In this document: positions 12,691 to 25,992 of the stretch, one piece after another
How the letters are laid out: every line of letters starts with the position of its first letter
Numbering within the stretch: position 1 is the stretch's first letter
From: Leucoraja erinacea
Taxonomy: Eukaryota
Direction of reading: 5' to 3'
NCBI RefSeq assembly: GCF_028641065.1
Contig: NC_073380.1
Coordinates: 23,312,001-23,376,000, forward strand
Length of the DNA stretch: 64,000 bases
Made by a program: the position numbers and the translations under genes
The notes under the pieces: model-generated
Database searches by the model: none
Told to the model about the DNA's origin: nothing
The model's input: only the letters and a program-made list of their open reading frames with translations

Positions 12691-14779
12691 ACAGTCTGCT
12701 GACATGCTCTGTCAGGGTGTCACAAATGCAGATTATGCCGCTGGAGAAAACCGAAGGAGAAAGAGGATTGCACATATTCGTCAATGTGAGCTCAGGAAAA
12801 GTAGGGCGGAAAAGAATGAAAAATTGAGAAATAAAATTAGGATGTAGCTGAACTGATAGGCTTATACTCTTTGCAACAGTAAGTTTTTTGGTTCTGAACA
12901 CGGCCTTGCATAGTCTCCTGGGACTTGCACGTTGGCATTTCCCTTTTGCTATTATCCTCCTCCTCAGTTTGTTTTAGCATTCCCACATGCAAGCATTGCT
13001 TTCCTATTATTGTCAATTTTGAACCAATAATCACTATTTGTGTTAAATATGCCAACACAAACACACCCCTCTATCATTTTCTTGTCACCTCAGAATAATC
13101 ACTTCATTGAAGGATATGAAAAGGTGGGTTTCATTATATAATAGGAGTTGATGTAACTATTCATTCTGGATATTATTATAGGTATTAGTACAATTGGAGT
13201 AATTGCTTCAAAATCTATTGAAAAAATAATGCATTCAAAATGTTTAGAAAAACACACCAATAAAGCCACATACAAGGTTCGCATAAATGTGATTCTCTCA
13301 TTATTTTTTGTTGTCTTCCTTATGTATTCACTGCCAGTCTCAATGTCTTTTGCTTTTCAGTCTCCTGCAGTTAAAGAAATCAGCTGCGAGAATTCACTAA
13401 ATCAGTACTGAAACCATGCTTTAGTCAGATTGCTGTTAGCAGTCATCACCCAAAAATAGACAATTTCTCTCCGGTAGCTTTTACTGCAAAGTGGTTTATC
13501 GACAATGTCTCTGTGGGGAAACCCAAAGATGGACCTCTTGTTGTCACTCCTTGATCATTATTCTGTTTGCACCTGCTGAGGGTGGTAACTGCAGAGATAA
13601 TGGATGTTTCTCCACTGTGATGATCTAGCTGTAATCACAACATGAGCCTCCACTAACTTAATGGTGTCACCGACATTTTCTACTCCCTTCCAACCTTTTT
13701 GTTCATTCATTTAAGTGATTGCAGCAATAGCCATGCAAATAGAAGTGCTCAAATGTTGTGGATGAGAGGGGAATATTTGATTTTAAAGACAAGCAAGAGA
13801 AATAATTTTAAACCGATTCACATTTGGAGAGCATGAAGATATGTATGAAATAAAACTACCCAAGCACCTTACTTATTTTTTATTCTTTCGGTTCTGGAGT
13901 ACTGATAGTTATTAGAACTATCTAACCTGCTCACTCAGCAGTATAGTGGAGAAGGCATTTATAGGGATGGAGAACATACAATGTGTTCTAATGTAGGTGG
14001 GAAGGGTCCGAGCAAAGGACACTCACTTGATACCCAGGTATGAGGAGATTAGTTTGGTGGGGAACAGCAAACAGAAACAATAGTCCTTCCGAGGTTAATC
14101 CATATGATGGATTTGGGTAGGAGATATCTTAAAGTGGTGGAGAGCATGCAAGGTTCATTCCTCAATGCATCAAAGCAGATTGCAGTCCTTGCATTCCCAA
14201 TATCTTAAAATCTACAATTCCGGTTATTTATGTGCACAATTAGCTTAATTTGTAAAAAGATTGAGGGGCAATCTTTCTTAACTAATTTAATATTGGAATT
14301 GTAGATTTGAACTGGTATTGAGAATGCCTTGATCCATTGAAGGATGAGCCTCTCTTCAAAAGCCACATAAAATGGACCCCTCTGTAGCTCTTAAGAATGA
14401 CACAAATGCCAATAAGCAGGAGTATCAAATGATCAGAGGACATTGGGGTTGGGAATGCTGGGTTGGCTTTAATGGCTGAATAACTAGCAATGAGCATGAT
14501 ATTCATGAAATGGTCCTGCAGTGTGGCAAATGGGAAAATAAACAATGATTGGAGTGTGTCTCAAGAATAGCAATAAGAGATCAAAGCCAAAGTTGTATGC
14601 TGCTTAGTAAAATACTTCTGCCAAGCTATGCACCCTGACTAGTATATCACTGATGTACAATGGAGTCGGCCATAAGCACATAAGACATAGATTAGATCAT
14701 CTCGCACCTGCTCCACCATTAAATAAATTCACATATTTTTTGTTTTCCTGCATTAATACTGCATCTCTTGATTTCCTTA

Positions 14780-15663
14780 AGAAGCTGTCCCACTGCGGTG
14801 ACCTAATCTGCGAGTTCAGAAGACAGTCTTCAACCTTTAAGCTCAAGGGAACACACCTGGAAAACCTCGAGCTGGATCGACTGTCAGCGATGAAACTGCG
14901 AGCTGGATTGACTGACTTCACACACACAAACACAATGCAAATGCGGGGCGCCAGGGAAAGCGGGGGAGCGCTGTCTGAAATTCACACCCGCGATGAAGAG
15001 AAATTTAAAAGATGGCTGCACAGTGTATGGTAAGCCCTATAGAGAGCACGGGAGAGGGGGNNNNNNNNNNNNNNNNNNNNNNNNNNNNNNNNNNNNNNNN
15101 NNNNNNNNNNNNNNNNNNNNNNNNNNNNNNNNNNNNNNNNNNNNNNNNNNNNNNNNNNNNNNNNNNNNNNNNNNNNNNNNNNNNNNNNNNNNNNNNNNNN
15201 NNNNNNNNNNNNNNNNNNNNNNNNNNNNNNNNNNNNNNNNNNNNNTGGAGACACTTTTAAGAAGTCAGACAACGTTTAATAAAGTTTAGCAGGCATTTAA
15301 CCTACCGGTTGGTTTTCCTTGCTCCTGAAAACTCCAATGAGCCAATTAAAATGCCCGGTCAGCGAAGGAGATTGCCTACGGCTGCCACTGACTGCCTGTA
15401 ACTACATAGCGACCCCACTCCACTGCACTACAAGTTAAAAATAACCATGCCAACCAATTTTTACTCGTGGAAAATTTTTCAACATGCCGAAAAATTTCCC
15501 ATGACCTAGCTGAGTCCGCGAGTATGCGGGAACTTACCTCGAGCATGAAGGAAAGCTCCAGTGACCTCATTGGACCTCCTGGGACCATGTGTCGACCATG
15601 CTGTGAGTCGAGGGCAAACTCTTCTAAACTCACAGATTAGGTCGCTGCAGTGGGACAGCCCCT
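14780..15663. mobile_element. PIF/Harbinger-type MITE (contains an assembly gap)
   Basis: TIRs AGAAGCTGTCCCACTGCGGTGACCTAATCTG / CAGATTAGGTCGCTGCAGTGGGACAGCCCCT; TTA target duplication at both ends. Confidence 0.85.
15061..15244. other. Assembly gap
   Basis: Run of N. Confidence 1.
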
Positions 15664-16314
15664 TTAATAAGTGAAAATATAATCTATCACCTTCAAATCT
15701 ATTCCAGTCAGCATCTCTCACCAGAGGAGATAACAAAACTATCTCTTTTCCAGCTGCAAAAAAAAAAAGTCTATTGTTTTTGCACCATTAAACAGCATTC
15801 TATTTAATAACCACTGGTTAGACTATCCAGGCCCATTATAAGTAATTTGCAAGTATACTTAGTATAAGTGCCTGTGGAGCCCAGTCTGCCTACTTGTTCC
15901 AAGATATTTGCATCAGATTTTTACAGCCAATGTCAAGAAAGTATTTGTACACAATCAGCAATAAGCTGCTTTGCCATTTAAAGAACCCCTCTAAAATAAC
16001 ATCCGTCAAGGCTGAGCATGTGGGTGACTCTCAATAAGGATTTTTAAAGTGTGGGTTGTATGCTTTTAGAAACATAGAAACATAGAAATTAGGTGCAGGA
16101 GTAGGCCATTTGGCCTTTCGAGCCTGCACCGCCACTCAATATGATCATGTTTTCATATGAAAATTAAAAAGATAGTCTGACTATTTATCTCATTCAAATT
16201 TTAAACCAGAAGTATAATTTTTAAAGTAGACAGCAAATGCTGTTGGAGTTATACATTTCAATAATGTTCTTACTTTTTCATCATGATTCACAGACATAAG
16301 TGGAAACACATCTA

Positions 16315-16810
16315 GATAAGGAGGTCAAGAAAGCACATTTGGCACATTTGGTTTTGTCAATCTGAGCATTGAGTTCAGAAGCTGGGATGTCACAACTGTA
16401 CAAGGCATTGGTGAGACCACACTTGGAGTATGTATCCAGTTCTGATCACCTTGCTATTGGAAGGATATTATTAAGCTGGAAATGGTGCAGTAAAGATTCA
16501 CAATTATATTATAGGGACTGGGGGGCATTTTATTAGGAGAGATTATAAAGGCTGGGGCTTTTCTGTAAACTAGAGGACATAGATTTAAGTTGAGAGTTGA
16601 GCGATTTAAAGGGAACCTAAGGGGCAAAGAGAGTGGTGGGTGTGTGGAAAGAGCTACCAGAGGAAGTGGTGGAGGTGTTTAAAATACATTTGGAGAGGTA
16701 TATGGAAAGAAAAGGTTTAGAGGTCAAACACAGGCAAATGGGACGAGCTCAGGAGACAAATTGGTCAGCATAAACTAATTGGACTAAAGGGCCTCTTTCC
16801 AGCTGTATGT
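16315..16810 (+). mobile_element. Degenerate CR1 3' portion
   Basis: GGTGAGACCACACTTGGAGTA (VRPHLEY) and the 3' AAGGGCCT motif. Confidence 0.8.
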
Positions 16811-18096
16811 TTAAAACTCCAGGATGTCCTTTTATTCCATTACTGTAAAAGATATTTGACCTGAAATAGTGTCATGGAGAGTTACTGCACAGATGTATCT
16901 CTTCTTCAGCCCTCCCAGTACATATTAACCATCATGCACCCTCTTGGATAAAGGGTAAAACGTTTAGTGCAGGATAATGTCTAATTAAAGATAGTTGAAA
17001 GGTCTCCAAATAGGTAGATGGGATGTCAGGACCATACTCGAGCTGGCAAGAGGATGGTTTAGTTGCCTGATAACCAATGGGCAAAAATTGTCTCTGAACT
17101 TGGAGGTATGCGTTTTCAAACTACTCTACCACTTGCCTGAGAGGGGAGAAGGGGAGAAGAGGAGAGAGGGGAGAAGAAGGAGTGACCATGATAAGAATGC
17201 CAATGACTGAGTGTGGGGTGTTTAAATGGGAATTAACTGAATTGTATTTATACTCTTATTGATGAACTGAACACACCTGGGCTATTTTTCAGGTTTGTAC
17301 AGTAGTTGGCACTGGTGTAACTGTACTTGAGCAACTTGCCAATTAACTCTGGAATGCAAGTATTCGAGGGTGCAACCAGGATAATTGCTGTGGAACGAGA
17401 AGTGACTTGCCTTCTTAACCATTGTCATCCTTCAGCTAAAGTTACTTCCTTAATATTATGGAGTACCCGAGGCCAAAGCTTCTAGGATTTTGATTCAGCA
17501 ATGATAAAGGAAATCCAATGTATTTCCTAATTATGATATTGTACAATGTTGGAGTGATGTTCCCATGTGCCTCTGGAGTTTTCCTTTTCAGGGGTTAAGA
17601 TTGTGGACTTGGGAGGTTCTACCAGTATGTCCTGGCAAACAATTATAATCCATTGTGTAGATGTAGTACATTACAGCCACTATGAATCAGCGATGAAGGA
17701 AAACACATTGATGGTGATAAATGACAAACCATTTGGCATACTAACATATGGGCTGCTTTATCTTGAACTGGACTTTAGTGTGCACTCAACTCATGAGTAA
17801 ATGGCACTTGAAAGTTTTTATAATAACACCTTCCATCACTATATTAATGGTTGAAAATATTATTTTTTGAGTTGTTATTAAGAGGGTTAGATTTGTCTAG
17901 CTCTTTGCGAGTGGGAGCATACCTGGCCAATTTTCCACAATGTCAGATAGACCCCAATGTCGTAACCGTACCAGATCAATTTGATTCTGTGTTCAGTTTG
18001 TTCTATGACACAAGCCTTCAGAATGACGGTCAGGGTGTTGTCTGGTCCAATTTCCTTTGCTCAGTCTGGAGAGACAGAGAGCATAAAATCAATGCT

Positions 18097-18296
18097 TAAG
18101 AAGGAACTGCAGATGCTGGAGAATCGAAGGTACACAAAAAAGCTGGAGAAACTCAGCAGGTGCAGCAGCATCTATGGAGCGAAGGAAATAGGCAACGTTT
18201 CGGGTCTGAAGAAGGGTTTCGGCCCGAAACGTTGCCTATTTCCTTCGCTCCATAGATGCTGCTGCACCCGCTGAGTTTCTCCAGCTTTTTTGTGTA
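18097..18296. mobile_element. Short palindromic Penelope-pLTR insertion with 15-bp TSD
   Basis: TSD CATAAAATCAATGCT at 18082-18096 and 18297-18311; near-perfect inverted arms ~18131-18204 and ~18223-18296; central CTGAAGA...GAAACGTT core. Confidence 0.9.
18202..18237 (+). ncRNA. Minimal hammerhead-ribozyme-like motif (Penelope pLTR)
   Basis: CUGAAGA core, helix II GGGU-UUCG-GCCC, GAAA, palindromic AACGUU helix III and a GUU cleavage-type triplet. Activity is not demonstrated. Confidence 0.65.
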
Positions 18297-20444
18297 CATA
18301 AAATCAATGCTGTCAGGGCATCCTTGCTGATGGTCATTGAAGCCTCACATTAATAATTTATTCCCTGCCCGTGTTACTTTCAGTGATTCTTTCAAGAGTT
18401 GCTCAACACAGCGGAGCTGGTTTATCAGTTGATGGAGAACGATAGGAGTATTTATTTTCCATGTCCGACCTGGTTTCAGGTAAAAGATTGGAAAATGTAT
18501 ATCATGGGAATCAATCCCCATGGTATATTAAAAAAAAATGTGATTGAAGGATTGCCTATTACAAATATTACAATCAATATAGCTGTAAACAACAACATCT
18601 GATGTAGAAAGAAAGCCTTAAAAAAACAATTTGTACTAAAATAACTGAGGAGAGGTTAAGAGCTTTAATTAACGTATGTGGTTATGGAATTTAGAATTTA
18701 AAATAGAGCTACAATTATGTTATGTTTCTTTCCTTAAATCAAAACAGGAGTTTTGCAGCTTTTTTGCAATTTGGTTATTTTTTTTGTCAACCACTTGAGG
18801 TCCCTCCATGCCTAGAAGATATCTTAGCTGAGTGGGCGGCAATACTGTGGCAACGCATACTAAAAACGCCCACTTAAATGTTAGAGTTGGACACTGATGA
18901 CGCATCTCACAGTTTTCTTTCTTTCAGTGCCCACATATAACACCTCTTTCTGAATTCCATGCACTGCCACTAAGCAAGCAACATCTTTTCTGAATAATTA
19001 TAAAATTTATACATATGTTGCAGCATTTTCCTGTATTTCAAACATTGACATTTCTTCATCAGTTTTTATTGTCCAAATGTCATTGTTAATAGCAGATTTT
19101 TTTTAAAATAGTTTGTTCATGAGATATGAGCATTATTAGCTATATCAGAAATTTATTTGAGGCCCTGGCAGCATGAATTAATACTCCAGTGGCAGTTACA
19201 TATCTAAGTGGCAGAGATGTGTTTGAATTGGAACTGCGGACAAAATGGCTGTCCAAACTACACAGTTTCTGCAAATAAAGAAACATGACACAGAGTTCAA
19301 GGAAGCAGTTCGTCACCACTTGCAAGATGAGCAATATCTTATACAATCTTTTGGAATGAGCAATGAATTTTCAAACTTCAAGTACAGTCCATTCTCATTG
19401 TTTCCCATGCTCCTTTCTCATTCTTTTTCTTTAAAATGCCTTGCTAACAGCCAGTACTCATGCTCCTTATCATCTGATCTGTCAATTATGAAATTTTCTC
19501 TTGCACCCCACTACTCCCCACAACTCTGCATTAAAAACTGACTTCCCTCAACATGTTTCCTCATTTCCGTGGAAGGGTCCCTGTCCTGAAACATTAACTG
19601 ATATCATTCCACAGAAGCTGCTTGACTGGCTGAGATTTTTCACCATTTCTGTTTTTAATGTCGGATGCAGCATCTTAATTTTGATGTATAGAAGAAACTG
19701 CAGATGCTAGTTTACACCAAAGATAGTCACAAAAGGCTGCAGTAACTCAGTGGGTCTGGCAGCAGTTTAATCTGCTTTCCCCGTTCAAGAAGAAAGCTTA
19801 ATTCTTAACTTTTCCACTCGTGCAAAATAAATGCTTGCTTTGGCAAGCTGACCCATGTCTCCAAGAATGAACAAATAGATAAAGTACAGCTATGCTGATG
19901 TAGTCCTGGCTGACCTGCAACCTTCATTATTGTTCTCTCATTTTGCATTGCTCATTGGGTCAGTGATACCTCCCAAAGGAAGACAGGGTTGCCTCCTTGA
20001 TTCAGCTACACGATGATCCTGTCATTACAGATACAGTATGACACGACCACTGCACACAATAAAAACCATTAGGAATCACAGGGATATTAAGGTGGAACTC
20101 TTCGTAACTTTGTTTACAACTGATATACCAAGGACTTTGGTTAAGCACGAAACGTAACATGACCCCCATAAAAGCTGTTGTTTATAAATAATATATCTTT
20201 ATTTTAGGTTTACTTGATTGTTGGAATTAAATACATATATCGCTATGATGGGATCAAGACGTGTCTCTGAACCAGTTGCCCCGGCTAATGAATATTAACT
20301 TGATTATAATACAATTGAGCCTTTTATCAGGAATGTTTTCCTGCTATTTTGCCTCCTTCCAAATACTCTTTCTCACTCCTTGTTTGTTCCATTTTCCTTA
20401 TAACATTGACTGCTTGTCACTACAATGAGGTTTTTGAGCTGGTA

Positions 20445-20853
20445 GACAAAAGCACATCAATAATCAAAACTTCAAGTAACTCTTGTGCTGCCTCTCTCTC
20501 TCTCTCTGTCCTCCCCCAACCTAGTTGTTGTACTAGTTCCACTGTTGTCCTGCTGAGTTTGTATTGCTCGTTATCACCTTTCCCACTGCCAACTATGGAC
20601 CATTGTGGGCTGCACCTTTCCTTGATCATCATTGCAGGCTTTTATTTATTCTTTTCATACATTTCAATCATTTGTTCTTTGTACCTTTTCAATTCTCTCA
20701 GTTCCCTCTCCCCTGTCTTTCAGTTTGAAGAAGGGTCTCGACCTGAAACGTAATCTATTCCTTTTCTCCAGAGATGCTGCAAGACCCACTGAGTTACTGC
20801 AGCCTTTTGTGACTATCTTTGGTGTAAACTAGCATCTGCAGTTTCTTCTATAC
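20445..20853 (+). mobile_element. Penelope-like 3' UTR and pLTR
   Basis: pLTR with TTGAAGAAGGGTCTCGACCTGAAACGTA (20725-20752) and the GCATCTGCAGTT end motif. Confidence 0.8.
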
Positions 20854-21049
20854 TTCAAAATTGAGCTGTTGTGTTGCAGAAAATAACACTAACATAAAAG
20901 GTCCAGTGGTTAACTAGCAGCCTAGGAAATATAGATTTGATGTGCTCTTTAAATAGCAATCCTTCAAATCTCCATTTGAGTTTAATGTGTCTGAAAAAAT
21001 TATCATACAGCAAGGCTGACCAATTTTAAAGATTTAAAGATTTTGTCAG

Positions 21050-24000
21050 GTTGATGTCCAGGACATCTACAAAGAAGTTCAATATAATCAAACCAATCGA
21101 CAAGGGAGTGGCCATTGTAGTCTGGTGTGCAGAGGCCAGGCGACAACTCTCAGACACATCCTCCTACTTATCATTGGACCATGATCCCACAGAGAAGCAC
21201 CAGGCCTTAATCTCACACACCATTTCTCATCACTTTTGGCTGTCTTGCACAGCCTCTAAGCCTATCGTTTCCCAGCCCCGCACATCCCGGTTTTACCTTC
21301 TCCCCAAAATCCATAAACACAACTGCCTTGGCAGACTCATTGTTTCTGCCTGCTCCTGATTTCCACATGGTACAAAAAAATGCTGGAGAAACTCAGCGGG
21401 TGCAGCAGCATCTATGGAGCGAAGGAAATAGGCAACGTTTCGGGCCGAAACCCTTCTTCAGACTGATGGGGGTGGCGGGGAGAAGAAAGGGAGGAGGAGG
21501 AGCCCGAGGGCTGAGGGATGGGAGGAGACAGCCCGATGGCTGAGGAAGGCGAGGAGACAGCAAGGGCTAACAAATTTGGGAGAATTCAATGTTCATGCCC
21601 GCAGAATGCAGACTCCCCAAGCGGAATATCAGGTGCTGTTTCTCCAATTTCCGGTGTTGGTCACTGGCCATGGAGGAGACCCAGGACAGAGAGGTCGGAT
21701 GGGGAATTGGAGGGGGAGTTGAAGTGCTGAGCCACCGGGAGGTCAGGTTGGACCGAGCGGAGGTGTTCGGCGAAACGATCGCCCAGCCTCCGCTTCGTCT
21801 CACTGATGTAGATCAGCTGACATCTAGAGCAGCGGATGCAATAGATGAGGTTGGAGGAGATGCAGGTGAACCTCTGTCGCACCTGGAACGACTGCTTGGG
21901 TCCTTGAATGGAGTCGAGGGGAGAGGTAAAGGGACAGGTGTAGCATCTCTTGCTGTTACAACGGAAAGTGCAAGTACAACGGTGGTACGTTAGGGAAGGG
22001 AAGAATTGACAAGGGAGTTACGGAGGGAACGGTCTTTGCGGAAGGCAGACATGGGGGGAGATGGGAAGATGTGGCGAGTGGTGGGGTCACGTTGTAGGTG
22101 GCGAAACTGACGGAGGATTACTTGTTATATGTGATGGCTGGTGGGGTGAAAGGTGAGGACTAGGGGGACTCTGCCCTTGTTGCGAGTGGGGGGGATGGGG
22201 AGAGAGAGCAGTGTTGTGGGGTATGGAAGAGACCCTGGTGCGAGCCTCATCTATAGTGGAGGAGGGGAACCCCCGTTCCCTGAAGAATGAGGACATTTCA
22301 GATGCCCTGGTATGGAACGTCTCATCCTGGGAGCAGATGCGGCGTAGACGGAGGAATTGGGAGTGGGGGATGGAGTCCTTACAGGAAGCTGGGTGGGACG
22401 AAGTGTAGTCCTGATAGCCATGGGAGTCAGTAGGTTTATAATGGATGTCGGTCAGAAGTCTATCACCTGTGATGGAGATAGTGACGTCAAGGAATGGTAG
22501 GGATGTGTCGGAAATAGTCCGGGTGTATTTCAGTGAATGATTTCCACATACCTTGACGCCATCTTATCCCCCCTGGTCCAATCTCTCCCGGCCTATGTCC
22601 AAGATACCTCACATGCCCTTTGTCTCTTTAATGACTTCTGCTTTCCGAGCCCCCACTCCCTCATCTTTACTATGGACGTTCTGTTACTCTACTCCTCCAA
22701 CCCCAACAGGAAGGCCTTAAAGCACTCCATTTCTTCCTCGATCGCAGAACCATCCAATTTCCCTCTATTAACACTATACTCCACCCAGTGGAGCTGGTCC
22801 TCACCCTTAATAACGTCCCCTTCGCTCCTCCCACTTCCTCCAAGTCCAAGTGCTCTATGAGCACCCGCATGGGCCCCAACTGTGCCTGCCTCTTTGTAGG
22901 GTAATTTGAACAATTCCTGTTCTGAGCGTACATTGTCCCTATCCCCGAACGCCATCTCTATTATATTGACGATTGCATCGGTGCTACCTCCTGCACCCAA
23001 ACAGAACTCATGGACTTCATCAACTTCTCCACCAATTTCCATCTTGCACTCAAATTTACTGGGACCATCTCCGACACCTACCTCCCTTTTCTCGATCTCA
23101 CAGTCTCCATCACAGGAAATAGATTATCGACTGATGTCTATTACAGAACCACTCAACTACACTTCTTCCCACCCTGCAAAGACTCCATCCGCTACTCCTA
23201 ATTCCTCCGTCTATGCCACATCTGCGCCCCAGTTGAGGTGTTCCATATCAGGACTTCCGAGATGTCTTCATGCTTTAGGGAACAGGGTTTCCCTCTCCAA
23301 ACATAGATGAGGCCCTCACTCATATCTTCTCAGTACCTCACAGCTCCGTCCTTGCGCCCCCTCCCCTTAATAGCAAAGGAGACAGAGCCCCCCTAGTCCT
23401 TACCTTCCATCCCATCAGCCGTCACTTACAACACATAATCCTCCAAAATTTCTCCCACCTCCAACGAGATCCCACCACTTGCCACATTTTCCTATCTCCA
23501 CCCCTTTCTGTGTCCGCAAAGACAGTTCACTCTGCAACTCCCTGGTTAACTCATCCTTTCCCACTCAAGTTCAAGTTCACATTTATTGTCACATGCACCA
23601 ATTAAGGCACAGTGATATTTGAGTTACTATACAAGTAAAAATAACACAATACACAATAGAGTTTAACATAAACATCCATCACAGTGGAATCAACATTCCT
23701 CACTGTGATGGAAGGTGATAAACTTCAGTCAATCTTCCTCCAATTGTTCACCCGTGGTCGAGGCCTTGAACCCTCCGCAGTCGACCACCCCCTCCCCTGC
23801 AACCGCAGAAGAAGCAACACCTATCCCCATATCTCCTCCCTCAACTCTGTCCAGGGAACCCAACAGTTATTTTAGGTTACACAGTTGTTCATTTGCACTG
23901 CCTCCAACCTCATCTACTGTATCCATTGTTCAAGATGTGGACTCTTATATATCGGCGAGACCATACGTAGACTGGCTGATCGTTTCGCTGAACACTTTTG

Positions 24001-24300
24001 TTCAGCCCGCCTGAACCTACCTGATCTCCCGATTGCTAAACACTTTAATTCTCCTTCCCGTTCACACAGACCTTTCTGTCCTTGGTCTCCTCCATTGTCA
24101 GAGTGAGGCTAAACGCAAATTGGAGGAACAGCATCTCATATTTCACTAGGGCAGCTTGGAGCTCAGTGGTATGAATTTCGATTTTTCTAACTTCAGGTAG
24201 CCCTGGCATTCTCTCTCTCTCTATCCCTCCCCCACCCAAGTCACACCAGCTTCTCGTTTTCACCTAACAAACAGTTAACAATGGCCTGTTTCCTTTATCA
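21050..24300 (+). mobile_element. Penelope-like element (RT plus GIY-YIG), degenerate, with nested insertions
   Basis: IIKPIDKG, FYLLPKIHK, ISTYLDAIL, PFLDLTV (RT) and FICTASNLIYCIHCSRCGLLYIGET (GIY-YIG); interrupted at 21369-22537 and ~23566-23775. Confidence 0.9.
21369..22537 (-). mobile_element. Younger Penelope-like element inserted antisense into the older Penelope
   Basis: 12-bp TSD TGATTTCCACAT (21357-21368, 22538-22549); GIY-YIG QRFTCISSNLIYCIRCSRCQLIYISET; pLTR with intact hammerhead-like core at 21431-21467 (-). Confidence 0.9.
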
Positions 24301-24589
24301 TAGTCAAATTTTATGCAGAAAATTGCCCGCACTAATTTTCTTGTCTTTTAAACTTTAAGCCACTATCTTATGCAGGGAGGTTAAGGCATTCCTAGAACCA
24401 AGAACAGATCAAAACACAGGCCTTTTAGACTTAAGTCCTCGCTGAGCAATTCATAAGAACATGACAAAATAGGGGCTGGATTAAGACAAAATAGGGGCTG
24501 GCCTCACAACCCTGCATCACCATTCAGTAGAAACATGGCTGATCTACAACCCCTGGAAAAGATACTTAGCGATTTCATGTATTTGGAAA

Positions 24590-25200
24590 AGTGTGGATTT
24601 ATTAGGGATAGTCAACGTGACTTTGTGCAGATGAGGACCAATGTGACAAATTGAAATAGAGTTTTCAGGAAATGGCAAAAGGACAGGGTAGGGCAGTGGA
24701 TGTAGTCCACATGGATTATAGTAAAGAATTTGAAAAGGTCTTTCATGGTAGGCTGCTCCAGAAAATTAACTGACATGAGATCCATGGTAAATTTGCTAAA
24801 TTATCTTGGTCAAAAACGAAACAGGATAGTGTTGGTGTTGGTGTGTGGGGTGGATAGTGGGGGTGTTACTGGCGGGTGGTCCGTAACCTATGGTGTCTGC
24901 AAGGATCAGTGGTGGGTCCTCTGTTGTTTGTGATATATATTAATTATATGGAGGAAAATGTAGGCAGTCTGAAAAGTAAGTTTGCAGAAGGCACAAAATT
25001 AGATGGAGATGTAGACAGCGTGGAAGGTTGTCAAAGGCTACAGTCAGAATAGCTTTAGTAGATTGGATGTAGAATTGGCTTAATCCACACACGTGTCGGG
25101 TGTTGTACATTGGGAGATCAAATGCAAGAGGCAAGCATAGAGTAGGTTGCAGATCCTAGACTCATTGATCTGCAGAGGCGTCTTGAGATGCAATGTACAA
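24590..25200 (+). mobile_element. Degenerate CR1 RT internal fragment
   Basis: Remnants of IRDSQ, VDVVHMD, GVCKDQW and KFA.GTKL motifs. Confidence 0.7.
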
Positions 25201-25204
25201 GTTG

Positions 25205-25992
25205 GAAGAGGTGCACGTGAACCTTGGTCTCTAGGCAGAGTCTATTGCATTTGGTGCTCCCGATATAGCCTCTTTATATCAACGGTACCAAGCGTTGAAG
25301 AGACGACTGCTTCAACAAACATTTGCAATCTGTCTGTCAAGGTCTGCAGGAACTCCAGGCTGTTGAATCTTTTAATTTCCTTTCCCTTTCCTATTCCCGT
25401 TCCACATACCAATTTTCCTTCCTTAACCAGCCATTGCCAGAATGAGGCCACACACAATCTGGAAGAACAGCACCTCATATTCTCCTTGGATATCTTTCAA
25501 CCCAACAGTATGAACATTGAATTCTCCAATTTCAAGTAATGTCCCCCTAACCACCCCCCTCCCTTCACCCTGCCTTCACCCGCATCCCAGTACGCAGTCA
25601 TTTTCCCACCATCTCCCACTACCCAAATCACCCCGCTCCTTTCCCCTCCTCCGAATGCTCATCTCCAATCTCCGAGTCCCATATTTCTCTTTTACTCCCC
25701 TCTTTCCCCTGTCCCCAGTCCCCTTCTTCCCATATTCCTCCTTCCGGCTGTAGATCTCAATCCTCCTCTTCTATCCTTATCTGACACCCCTTTGTCTGCT
25801 TTTCACTTATTTGCCACTTACTCCACCCATTTGCCAATCACCCCACCTCACCTATATCCACCAATCACCTGGCAGGTTTTGCCACACTACCACCTCTCTT
25901 TTTCAAAACTTCCCCCCACTACTTCATCAGTCATAAGAAGAGGGTCAATGTAAAATGTTTTCTGTCCATTTCCCATGACACATGCAGCCTAA
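25205..25992 (+). mobile_element. Degenerate Penelope 3' end, split by a MITE (resumes ~26905-26940)
   Basis: LEEQHLIFSL..QPNSMNIEFSNFK stop, a pyrimidine-rich UTR and a decayed pLTR. Confidence 0.75.

Noticed and set aside
12383-12901. 172-aa ORF with a repeated KSISLSVQ
   Set aside because: The repeat reflects the 32-bp DNA direct repeat, and the middle is a LINE 3' UTR.
14982-15289. ORFs spanning X runs (also 30859-31380)
   Set aside because: Artefacts of assembly gaps.
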